NCBI GenBank assembly: GCA_964016885.1
Contig: OZ024744.1
Location: 70,060,001-70,124,000 of the forward strand
Reading direction: 5' to 3'
Source: Eledone cirrhosa
Lineage: Eukaryota
DNA: 64,000 nucleotides
Positions 45,163 to 58,144 of this stretch are shown piece by piece. Below the pieces are notes generated by a model. The model worked only from the letters and a program-made list of their open reading frames with translations, made no database searches and was not told where the DNA came from. Every line of letters starts with the position of its first letter. The first letter of the stretch is position 1. A program made the position numbers and the translations under genes.

Positions 45163-45500
45163 ATATCAATGATATTAAATAAATGGAAACTATATTTATA
45201 AAACCATATTTATTCTATTATATATATATTTCAAGGGTACCAAAACTTTAGTACGCTCTCATCAGATAAAATACAAAGTTTGTTTTATAAATAGTGACAT
45301 ACCCAGGAATCAGACCTTAACGGTTCAAGTTCCGTCTGGAACCGTTAAGGTCTGATTCCTGGGTATGTCACTATTTATAAAACAAACTTTGTATTTTATC
45401 TGATGAGGGCGTACCAAAGTTTTGGTACCCTTGAAATATATATAATAGAATAAATATGGTTTTATAAATATAGTTTTCCATTTATTAATATCATTGATAT
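45163..45500. mobile_element. Inverted pLTR pair with HHRs at 45211-45273 (minus) and 45392-45452 (plus)
   Basis: Near-perfect palindrome with ~12-nt spacer at ~45332; CTGATGA..GAAA-TATATA-TA. Confidence 0.85.
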
Positions 45501-45582
45501 TATACTCCCGAAAACTTGTCGAGTGCTTCGAATCTGTTATAAATATATTTGTTAAATTACAAACAAATTAAATATCCCTTTG

Positions 45583-45653
<71 letters not shown>

Positions 45654-46206
45654 CGTAAAATAAGAAAATTAAAAAAAAATTTTTAAGAATTAACTTACTT
45701 AAATTTTCACTCCAACTAATTAGTTTCTGCAATGGGATAAAGACAGTTACGTAATGAACTGTTGAGAATTTCATTGCGAATTTTCTTATTTTACGTCTTT
45801 TATATTATTGTTCTGCATCCTCCTGCATTGAACCACCTAGGTACTATGACATAACCTGTGCATTTGCTGGCATTGGCGTACATCTGTGCGCTTATGTTAG
45901 TAGATATATTAAATTATCTATATTTATCTCCAAATTACTGATTTGTCGAGCAAACCTGCCAAAACCACTACTAAATTTTTTTGGGGGGTGCTAGTAGGCG
46001 TCTGTCATCTTACCATCCCATTCCTACTGACTAGCCTCTGTGTCACGTGATTGATTCTTTAGAATCGGCCATTTGACCAGTGGCAGTGAGAATTTTCTGT
46101 GCCTGGAATCCAGTCCTCGATAGCTGTTCCATTTACCGAATTATTATTATTTTTATATGAGTCCCCAGTGTCCGCGCATTGCCTGGAGACTTGGCTGAGA
46201 ATAGAC

Positions 46207-46286
46207 CTCCCTGATGACGCAATGAAATTCTCAACAGTTCATTACGTAACTGTCTTTATCCCATTGCAGAAACTAATTAGTTAGAG
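46207..46286 (+). ncRNA. Type I HHR with extended stem II in a ~550-bp partial-tandem element (45645-46470)
   Basis: CTCC-CTGATGA-C-GCAATG..CATTGC-A-GAAA-CTAATTAG-TT-(A/G)GAG; the inverted partial copy near 45710 retains GGAG. Confidence 0.75.
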
Positions 46287-46754
46287 TGAAAATTTAAGTA
46301 AGTTAATTCTTTAAAATTTTTTTTTAAATTTTCTTATTTTACGTCTTTTATATTATTGTTCTGCATCCTCCTGCATTGAACCACCTAGGTACTATGACAT
46401 AATCTGTGTAGTTGCTGGCATTGGCGTACATCTGTGCGCTTATGTTAGTAGATATATTAAATTATCTATCTATCTATATATATATATATATATATATATC
46501 ACGATAAATTAACGGAGGCATAGGCCCTCGCTATTCCCTGTAAATAATGTGCTCAAAGGAGAAGAGATCCTGAGCTCTTTAAAATACAATATGTTGAAAA
46601 GGTAACACACCAGAGAGAGATATATAGTGCGTTATCAATAATATAGGGAAAAAACCACCAGTGTATGGAATCTATAACCTATGAAAGGCAGACTATAGAC
46701 ACGATAATTAAAAATATAAATTAAAGCGTAAATAAATACCTCCATAACTATATA

Positions 46755-46834
46755 ACACACGTACAAATCCAAAGATATGTTTCACCAAAAATTTGTTGAA
46801 AGAAATGATCTAATCTCGGTTCATCAGCGTGTGT
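46755..46834 (-). ncRNA. Type I HHR with full stem III in a 540-bp partial-tandem element (46501-47144)
   Basis: ACACACG-CTGATGA-ACCGAG..TTTGGT-GAAA-CATATC TTTG GATTTG-TA-CGTGTGT. Confidence 0.8.
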
Positions 46835-47143
46835 AAGGCTATACATTTCAGACAACACTAAGAGAATTTTAAAATTGACTGTCCAACTACACGTGGGAGA
46901 GAGAAGTCACAGCGTGTTTAAGGGCAGTGAACCAGTGGCCTCTGAGGGACGAACTGCTAGAAAGGGCAGCCCAAAGCCACTCAGAGAAGTGTGCTCAACC
47001 AAACAGAGATAGGAAAGACTGTTATTAGGAGCGAAATATTACGATAAATTAACGGAGGCATAGGCCCTCGCTATTCCCTGTAAATAATGTGCTCAAAGGA
47101 GAAGAGATCCTGAGCTCTTTAAAATACAATATGTTGAAAAGGT

Positions 47144-48729
<1,586 letters not shown>

Positions 48730-48813
48730 TTAGGTATCGAGAGGGAGAAGAGAATGGAAAGATGGTCGATACATATATTTAGTTGCCAATAGTTTATGCA
48801 TGTGTGCTTTCCA

Positions 48814-48856
48814 TGCCCTTGATAAGCCCGCTAAGGGCGAAACGTACGTAGGTGCA
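48814..48856 (+). ncRNA. Minimal HHR, U3-A8 variant
   Basis: TGCCC-TTGATAA-GCCC GCTAA GGGC-GAAA-CGTACG-TA-GGTGCA. Confidence 0.75.
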
Positions 48857-49216
48857 CAATTATATAAACATGTTTTAACGGTTTTAAACTCTTTGTATTC
48901 ATTTCCTTATATATATATATATATAAGGAGATTTTATATCAATGTGAACTGCTATTTTTAATAGCCATCTTTTCACCCCTAGATAATTTGTGTGTTAGAC
49001 ACGTTGGCTTAGAGTTTCTGATAGGAACTAAAAGATTGATTCTTTTTAGCTTCCCATCCCCACGTAAAATGTGTAAATCAGTGGCTGGTTGAGAGATAGA
49101 GTCCTATCGGTTGCCAGTTGCTAATCGCTTTACCGTGTCGGTTGTCACAAACAGTCATGACCGGCATGGGCCGGTGTTTGGATTCTGTCGATCGATTGGT
49201 TATTGATTAGGTGATA

Positions 49217-49326
49217 CCCGCTGATGAAGCCGCATAAGCCAATTGTGCATTGTTGCATAATATATGCAGACAGATGGCGCAGTGCACCTTACTGCTGCAT
49301 TAGTGCGGCAGAAACTCGAGTCCGGG
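49217..49326 (+). ncRNA. Type I HHR with ~80-nt stem II
   Basis: CCCG-CTGATGA-A-GCCGCAT..GTGCGGC-A-GAAA-CTCGAG-TC-CGGG. Confidence 0.85.
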
Positions 49327-49477
49327 AACCTTAATGGTACCCGTTTTACGTTTGTTGTGTTGAGGGAAATAACTATGTGTATACTCTGGTAATGTATCTT
49401 ACATTGCCCATTGAGTGGGCTGAGATACAACCGGTACTGGCATTGATAAATATGCTGGGTCCGTCAACCCTTATTAT

Positions 49478-49514
<37 letters not shown>

Positions 49515-49734
49515 CACGAGCACCCTATCTCAAAATTATTTTTGAAAAGCATAAGAAATGCGCAACCGGTAAAAACTGAAAACTAAAACTGAATACTAAC
49601 TAATACTTATGACTAATTTATACTTTTTCCTAATTAAACTATTTTTTAACTGGGAAAAATTTGTCAGTATTTTCTTTTCCTATTTACTAATATATATCTA
49701 TACAGTGAGTTGTATATATAATATATATATACAC

Positions 49735-49808
<74 letters not shown>

Positions 49809-50087
49809 GTTATATATATAATATATATATATATATATAATATATATATACATAACATATATATATATATATATAGTGAGTTACGCATGTGCTTTTACAA
49901 AGCTCTGCGTCATTCACAAAGTTGGCGCAGAACAAATTACTTGTTGATAACGTGATATTCCTTGTTCGATCATTATACCAAAAGCTTATAGTTTTAAGCA
50001 GACAGTATTATTGATTTAGGTGTCATAGAAACCCTGCATTTGGATTTTACCATCAATTCCAATAGGTCCAGGTCGGTTATATATGTG

Positions 50088-50163
<76 letters not shown>

Positions 50164-50604
50164 TTTATCATTTATTTTGTTTTACCTGTTTAGCTTGACT
50201 TGTTTTTTTTTTTTTTGGCTTAGGTGGTTAATACCTTCTTGACCACTTTTCAGTTTGAATGGCGTTTTAACATATATGTTTAGCTCTGGTTTTTTAACTA
50301 TAGAGCGCTTGCCAGCATAACTCTGATTTTGCGTTTCGTTTCGTTTTTTCTACCCGCCGAAATGCGATGATCGCTGAATTTATATATATATACATCTTCT
50401 TCTTTCGTGCCCGCATATATATATATATATATATATATAATTGTTTCTACTTTTGGCACAATGCCAGCAATTACCCAGTGTATTACTGGTACGTTATTTT
50501 ATCGACCCCGTAAGGATGAAAGGCAAAGTTAACCTATAATATATATATATATGCGAGCACGCAAGAAGAAGATGTTTTTGCCTGTAACATATCACAAAAA
50601 CGAA

Positions 50605-50700
50605 TATTCATCTGAGGAAATCACTCTCATACCGGAAAAAAATGTAAATACTGCATCTTGGATTGCATAAATGTAGCCATGGAAATAATTATAATGAATA
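50605..50700 (+). ncRNA. HHR with long, poorly paired stem II
   Basis: TATTCAT-CTGAGGA..GAAA-TAATTA-TA-ATGAATA. Confidence 0.6.
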
Positions 50701-50743
50701 AACACTTTATGTAATCACAGCATCTTTCTTAATGTTATTCTTA

Positions 50744-50783
<40 letters not shown>

Positions 50784-50784
50784 A

Positions 50785-50876
<92 letters not shown>

Positions 50877-51039
50877 AAAAGGAAATACCCGTCGAAACGG
50901 CTTGAGCTCTGCCGTTGGGGTCATACTTTTTCCTGTTTCGCACTCTACTACTCTAAGTATTGAGTACTCTGGTGCGTTATGGTCCATCTGGTTCCTTATC
51001 ACAATTCCTTTGTTATTTATATATATATATATATATATA

Positions 51040-54000
51040 TACGTTATTAACAAATGGAAACTATATTTATAAAACCATATCTATTTTATTATACATATTT
51101 CAAGGATACCATGTTAAATTATGGTATGCTTTCATCAGACAAAATACAATATATACCAGTTTTATAAATAAATATTGACATACCCTTTCAAAATGCAACC
51201 GTTACTTTTGGAAGACATCAGGGATAGTGGATTTGTTTACTTATATTAGTAAGTCGTTGTGTTACGGAGAAGGAAAAAGACGGAGAGAGAGAGAAAAAAA
51301 CGGAGAGAGAGAAAAAAGCGGAGAGAGAAAGGGAGAAATAAAGAAAGAAAAAGAAAAAAAGAAAAAAGAGAAAAACGAGAGAGAAATATCAAAACACCAG
51401 ACAGAGAGAAAAAATCGAGAGAGAGAAATACAGAGATAGAGAGAGGGGGAGAGAACGAAAACCTTAAGTCATGTCATATTAAGTTAAGTTAACAATTGAG
51501 ATGAAATGAATAAATAAAATTAGAAATATTAATATTCATGAATGGAATATACATATATAATGAGAAATTAATCATTGTTTAACTATGATTAGATATTTAG
51601 TTTAAAAATTGAGATCAATATATTAAAAATTGGAATTTAAACATTAAGAAATCTGTATATTGCTAGAGAAATTACATATCATATAAACACGTACACACAC
51701 GCAAAAATACACATAAATATATATATACACACACTTAGAAAATACACATCATATCTACCCCCGTATATAATATATACATACAAAGCATAAATGATTTTTT
51801 TAAATTAATGTTATACATCCTTTGTGTTATTAAATAAAAATGTTTAATATATATATATAAATATATAAGATTAACTGTCATACATTTATGGCTGTTAATT
51901 ATGTCTATCTGCAATCAAAATTGTATAGGTACACATGTACATGTACACACATAATTCTTACATATACATATATAAATATATAAACATGTGTGTGCATCCT
52001 CAACCAATTGGTAGACACGGGTCACGCATGCATATATACATACAGACATATATTCATAAAAATGCATATAACACATGTATATGTATGTTAATATACACAT
52101 ATACATACATACACGTATAGAGATAAGTATACATCAATATATTACATAGTATAATTGAGTACATAAAATACAAAAGAATTATATTTTGGAAATATAATTA
52201 TATCAATATAACTTAAAAACAAAAGAATTCTAAAATATTAAAATATTAAAATATTTTAAAATATTATAGAATATTTTAAGTTAAAATAATATGTTTAATA
52301 GATTTAGTATAGAAATTTATCTTACGTATATTTTACTCAAGATATTGAAAGGATAAACTTTCGAAAATTATGAGAAGCTATCAGAATAAAAGCAAACCTA
52401 ATAAGAAATAAATAAAATATAAAAAAATATAAAAAATATAAAAAATATAAAAAATAAGAAATAGGAAACATTTTCTCCTTTCAAGAGCTCTCAATATATT
52501 CCTCTGGAATAGTTTATTATATTTATATTTATATTTAGGAAGAAAATTTATTTATACTTGAGTAATTAACCAAAGAAAATGAAAAAGGTGAAGGAATCTA
52601 ATGATTTATCGACAGGTTTCATATATTAACCAAATTACTTAATTAATTATACTACATTTTAAATTTATATTTATATTTAAACGTTGAGTTCAATCTATGT
52701 CTGCAGCAACTGAATAAATTATTCCTTAAATTCAGGGAATTTTTGGTCTTTAATATAAAGAATATTTCCTCTATACAAAGATCGCAATTCTCTGAAGAGG
52801 AATTAAAAGGAGTAGCTTTTGAAATAATATTCCAAATCAGCGAATATTCAACATTATCTCGTTTTAGGTCCCATAATAGGCTAGATAGCGAAGTTGAAGA
52901 TTTTTTGTTTGGATCTGTAAAAGAATTTTTATGATTATTGAAGCGGGATTTAAACTCTGTGGGGGTAGATCCGACATAATTAAATGAATTTAAATTACAA
53001 TTATAAACTACATTTTTAGCTAAGCAATTGCTATTTAACGGACAGTTGGATTTATTTCTACAGTTACAATTATTCGATTGAATATTGCTTGGGTTATTAT
53101 TGGTATTTTGGTTAGGTTTGAAATTTCTATTATTAATTCTATTAATATTTTGCGCTAAATTTTTGGTGGAAGAGTAAGTTAATTTTATAGTATGTCTATT
53201 AAAAATTGAGTAATATCTATGTGTTCTGGGGAAGCGTTTGTCAAGAGCTTTAAAGAATAGTTTAGCAATAGGGGTTTTAATATTTAGTGAGAAGGGAGGA
53301 GCGAACCATACTATGTTCCTAGTTCTATTTCTTTTTCGGCTTTCGGAATTATTGTAATGTTTTCTATTATAGTTGTTAAAATTGTTACCATAGTTAAAAT
53401 TGTTATTATTTTGGTTAGTTTTTATATTATTATTATTATCGATGTATTTAATTTTATTTCTATACCCAGCTCTACCTAACGCTTCGTTGTAATAATGCGC
53501 TTTTTCATCAAATATATTCTTATTAGATGAAATTCTCGAAATTCGTTCTTGTACAGAGTTCACTATAGTATTTTTAACGGATCTGGGGTGATTAGAGTTA
53601 AAATTGACATAATTTAAGTTCTCATTTAGTTTGTGAAATGGATAATGAAGACATGTGTTAAGATTTAGTGTTACATCTAGAAAATTGACTATTTTATGGT
53701 TATTCTCTATTTCTACTTTTAGATTAAGGTAATTAAAAAATTGTATAATTTGTTTTCTTTTTCTATTTAGTTCACAGCTATTATTTTCTATAAGTAAAAG
53801 CATGTCGTCACGATATAAACCTCCGGTTACACCTGGTATTTTCCTATGTAGAGAATTAATTATAAATAGGCCCACAAGGTCCGTGACCTGAGCTGAGTCT
53901 GAAGATTCCATAGTTATGTCGAAATTATTATTTCTATCTGCCCTAGTCCAGAGTTGGTTATTAAATTCTATTAATGTTTTCCGTGCCGATAATATAATGT

Positions 54001-54710
54001 GCATTTCATTGCTAGTTATGTCTGTATGTTTAAATGCGTAAGTTAGTGCCTTATTCAGTAGATTAGGAGTGATAGATGAGTAGTAGTTAGCAATATCCAA
54101 CTGAATAAACTTATTATTATAGTTATATTTAATTTTTTTAAACCAATCGATAACCTCACTAGTTCCTTTCCATAATTTTAAGTAAGATAAATTAGGTAAA
54201 TTCTTAATTTGTGGTATTATTCTGTCTAGAATATTTTTGCTAAGTCTGCCAAGGTCAGATTTAGATGGTGCAATTAATCTGACTGGTAAATCATTTTCGA
54301 AGTTTCTTTTATGATCCTTCATATTAATCTTAGGTTTCCTTGGCATGAAGGGTTGTGTCTTATTTTCAATGTCTAGTTCATGCATTATACAAGAGGCATC
54401 TGTATTCAGTTTTTCAAGGTCGTCTTTATTTGCTACTTTGTATTTCTTCCTTAGTTCCTTTAATATAAGATCGTTATAAATGTCCTTTTGTATTCCGTAA
54501 AGATTATTGGTTTTGTCCGACTTGACTAGAATTTTCTCCGTTTTCTCCAAGCTTTCAATATTATACTTAATATTTCTTAAGTAATCTTGGCCTTTGAAGT
54601 TGTTTTTGAATTTGATGCTTTGGATGATAGATATGATATCATTTTCAAAATCCATTAGTAGTTTGTTGGGTGGGGGGGGGTGATTTTTTTAGATTTGAAG
54701 ATTTTATCCA
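51040..54710 (-). mobile_element. PLE with uninterrupted 667-aa ORF, 3' UTR and pLTR HHR (51082-51146)
   Basis: ORF 52652-54655; minus-strand CTGATGA-AAG..CTT-GAAA-TATGTA-TA-ATAAAATA. Confidence 0.88.
52652..54655 (-). CDS. PLE reverse transcriptase + GIY-YIG endonuclease (N-terminus lost)
   Basis: VKSDKT, QLDIANYYSSI, GLYRDD, NFLDVTL, CNCRNKSNCPLNSNCL, VVY..YVG, CDLC..E. Confidence 0.9.
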   Translation of the reverse strand: MDFENDIISIIQSIKFKNNFKGQDYLRNIKYNIESLEKTEKILVKSDKTNNLYGIQKDIYNDLILKELRKKYKVANKDDLEKLNTDASCIMHELDIENKTQPFMPRKPKINMKDHKRNFENDLPVRLIAPSKSDLGRLSKNILDRIIPQIKNLPNLSYLKLWKGTSEVIDWFKKIKYNYNNKFIQLDIANYYSSITPNLLNKALTYAFKHTDITSNEMHIILSARKTLIEFNNQLWTRADRNNNFDITMESSDSAQVTDLVGLFIINSLHRKIPGVTGGLYRDDMLLLIENNSCELNRKRKQIIQFFNYLNLKVEIENNHKIVNFLDVTLNLNTCLHYPFHKLNENLNYVNFNSNHPRSVKNTIVNSVQERISRISSNKNIFDEKAHYYNEALGRAGYRNKIKYIDNNNNIKTNQNNNNFNYGNNFNNYNRKHYNNSESRKRNRTRNIVWFAPPFSLNIKTPIAKLFFKALDKRFPRTHRYYSIFNRHTIKLTYSSTKNLAQNINRINNRNFKPNQNTNNNPSNIQSNNCNCRNKSNCPLNSNCLAKNVVYNCNLNSFNYVGSTPTEFKSRFNNHKNSFTDPNKKSSTSLSSLLWDLKRDNVEYSLIWNIISKATPFNSSSENCDLCIEEIFFILKTKNSLNLRNNLFSCCRHRLNSTFKYKYKFKM

Positions 54711-54948
54711 ATATTTATATATATATATATTATATGGGGGTGTGTTATATAGACATATATATATTGCTGTTCTGAAATACCGATGTATACACGATGGTCG
54801 CCAAGAGCGTGAAACAGACTGTTAGCTTCTCTGCATTGTTTCGCCGAAAAGAAGTAAGTGTCATGGTCACTACTTTAAAACCGATAGCGTAAGGTCTTCA
54901 AAATGTTTTTAATTAAACATACATATTGCCAAATATACTAGACATACA

Positions 54949-55024
<76 letters not shown>

Positions 55025-55028
<4 letters not shown>

Positions 55029-55310
55029 AAAAGATGAAATCGAAAATGCAACTGGAGTCTTATTTTTTTTAAAATATATATATTTATTTGGTTCCTTTAC
55101 CGGTTTCGCAGTTCTTCTGCTTTTCAAAAGTAGAGTTGAGATGGAGGGTCTGTGGTTTTTCCACATCTGATGTGACAAAAACCACAGACCCTCCATCTCA
55201 ACTCTACTTTTGAAAAGCAGAAGAACTGCGAAACCGGTAAAGGAACCAAATAAATATATATATTTTTTTTAAATAAGACTCCAGTTGCATTTTCGATTTC
55301 ATCTTTTTTC
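55025..55310. mobile_element. Inverted pLTR-like pair with U3-A8 minimal HHRs (55095-55130 minus, 55207-55242 plus)
   Basis: CTT-TTGAAAA-GCAG AAGAA CTGC-GAAA-CCGG-TA-AAG. Confidence 0.75.
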
Positions 55311-55371
55311 TTTATACTTTCACTCATGTAGGACACCTCGGTTATTTTTCATTTTGTAAAGAAAACCTCAC

Positions 55372-55402
<31 letters not shown>

Positions 55403-56026
55403 GTTTAGCGAGGTTTTTTATATGAAATCGTGTGTCGAAACAAATATTGTTATACTTGGGGAGGGTCACATTTGTGTAATATTGCCAGAATTAATAACAG
55501 AACACACTCACTGTTTGGTTGGTTTTCGCTTCTCGCTGTCTTTTATATCTGCGATCTAACGTACTCGGTCCTCAATGTTGCCATTGACTGACCGACGGTC
55601 AAAAATAATACAGATACAATATAGACACAAACACATATATATAGTTTACATAATTTACATAAATCTTTCGTTGCACATCTGCAACATCGTCAGAGGTGTT
55701 ATATTTTTTCCTCCTGTTGTGTTGTATGTCTACGCCAGCTGGGTGACTAGTGTGTGTTTATGTGGTTGTTGTTATTGTGCTTGTGTATGTATTTATTTAT
55801 CTTATTTTATTTACTTATTTATACTTCTCTTAGGTCAGTGTTTTTTGTTTGGGTGTTGTTGTTCCACTCATTCTTTCTGTTTAGCTTTGTTCTTCTAATT
55901 TCTATTTCACTGGCCTCTCTGATTTGCCTATCTGCTGGGTCATTCCTGTGTTTAGATATTATTCTAATTTCTATGTTGTCTATGTTACCGTCATGTTGTT
56001 GTCTGGCATGTTCGTATAGTACTGAC

Positions 56027-56085
<59 letters not shown>

Positions 56086-56091
<6 letters not shown>

Positions 56092-56385
56092 AAAGGATAA
56101 CATGGACGGTTGGTTACTCCTTCATTACATTTATTGGTAGGTGACGCGTTTTTCGCCACTGATCACCTCAAGGTTCGATCTGTATCGATCTTACCCAACT
56201 CTATAATCGGCAGCTCGACGGACCCTTTTCTTATACCATTTTAAAGGGTCCGTCAAGCTGCCGATTATAGAGTCGGGTAAGATCGATACAGATCGAACCT
56301 GAGCTGATCAGTGGCGAAACGCGCGTCACCTACCAATAAATGTAATGAAGGAGTAACCAATCGTCCTTGTTATCCTTTCAATATA
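56086..56385. repeat. ~140-bp inverted repeat with HHR-like GAAA-CGCGCG-TC
   Basis: 56086-56227 is the reverse complement of 56243-56385. Confidence 0.85.
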
Positions 56386-56537
56386 TTACACTCTGTATAG
56401 CTCTACACCTCAACACAGAAGTGAACCTAAACATCGAGTGCTCACCCGGGTATATATATATTGTTTATTCCCATCTTTGCGTTGCTTTCATCCTTCTATG
56501 TTGTTTACTTGTCTCACGCGCTATACGCGATTTACGT

Positions 56538-56638
56538 GTCCCAATAGGTTTTTTAGTTATTGCTCGCACCAACCTGAGGTATATGATTTTTAATGCGATG
56601 AAATATCAATGATGGTTGGCAAATCACTGACGAAGGAC
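56538..56638 (+). ncRNA. Candidate rearranged hammerhead with K-turn, copy B1
   Basis: GGTA-TA|TGATTT..T-GAAA-TATC..AAATCA-CTGACGA-A-GGAC. Confidence 0.65.
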
Positions 56639-57062
56639 TATTTTTATCATATGTAACCCATGTGTAACCACGCAGTATTCTTCTTTCTTCTCAATATTTT
56701 ATATATATTTACCTCGGTTGCGTTTGTCTGTTTCTCTCTTACTGCTTCCCCGTTCTCTCTGTTTCTCTCACGTTCTTTCGCCCCCTCTGTCAGTTACACT
56801 TTCTCTCGACTGACCTCTTCCTCGCACTTCCACTCATTCATTCTCTGTTTCTACCCTTCTCACTTCCTCCCGTTTGGCTAGTAGTGGGTTCTCTTCTTGC
56901 TCACATCTCACTCACGTCGGACGGTCTGTATCTTGATCGCTCATGAAATCCACCCATCTTATGCTGACCTGGACTACCATGTTGCTTGTTTATTCCCATC
57001 TTTGCGTTGCTTTCATCCTTCTATGTTGTTTACTTGTCTCACTCGCTTTACGCAATTTACTT

Positions 57063-57164
57063 GTCCCAATAGCTTTTTTTAGTTATTGCTCGCACCAACC
57101 TGAGGTATATGATTTTTAATGCGATGAAATATCAATGATGGTTGGCAAATCACTGAGGAAGGAC
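57063..57164 (+). ncRNA. Candidate rearranged hammerhead with K-turn, copy B2
   Basis: Same motif with CTGAGGA. Confidence 0.65.
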
Positions 57165-57220
57165 TATTTTTATCATATGTAACCCATGTGCAACCACGCA
57201 GTATTCTTCTTTCTTCTCAT

Positions 57221-57292
<72 letters not shown>

Positions 57293-57418
57293 AATCATGT
57301 CCTTAGAATCATTAGAGAAAATATATATACTATTTCCTCTCCAAATGAAAATATATATATATAATATATATTATATATATATATGTGTATATATATATTA
57401 TATTATATATATTATATA

Positions 57419-57468
<50 letters not shown>

Positions 57469-57520
57469 TTATATATATATATGTGCATATATATATATAT
57501 TATATTATATATATTATATA

Positions 57521-57551
<31 letters not shown>

Positions 57552-57726
57552 AATAGAAAAAAAAAAAATATATATATACATATAATATATTATATATATA
57601 TGTGCATATATATATATATATATATATTAAATATATATATATTATATATATATATTATATTTATATATTATATACATATATATATATATATTTTTCCATT
57701 TATATATTATATATATATATATATAG

Positions 57727-57837
<111 letters not shown>

Positions 57838-57927
57838 TATATAATATATATATATAATATATATATATAATATATATATATATATAATATATATTATATA
57901 TATATTTTCATTTATATATATTATATA

Positions 57928-57974
<47 letters not shown>

Positions 57975-58021
57975 ATATTAACAAAATTAACAAATGGAAA
58001 CTATATTTATAAAACCATATT

Positions 58022-58077
58022 TATTTCATTATACATATTTCAAGGACCACCAAGGTGCGCTTTCATCAGATAAAATA
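58022..58077 (-). ncRNA. Minimal HHR in an inverted pLTR fragment
   Basis: TATTTTAT-CTGATGA-AAG..CTT-GAAA-TATGTA-TA-ATGAAATA. Confidence 0.7.
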
Positions 58078-58144
58078 TAATATAGGTTAGTTTTATAAAT
58101 AAATATTGACATACCCATAAAAAAATGCAACCATTCTGGTTGGA

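Larger units (their letters stand above)
56461..57219 (+). mobile_element. Non-coding partial-tandem element, ~525-bp monomer (family B, homologous to family A)
   Basis: 56461-56693 is repeated at 56986-57219; flanked by (TA)n. Confidence 0.85.
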
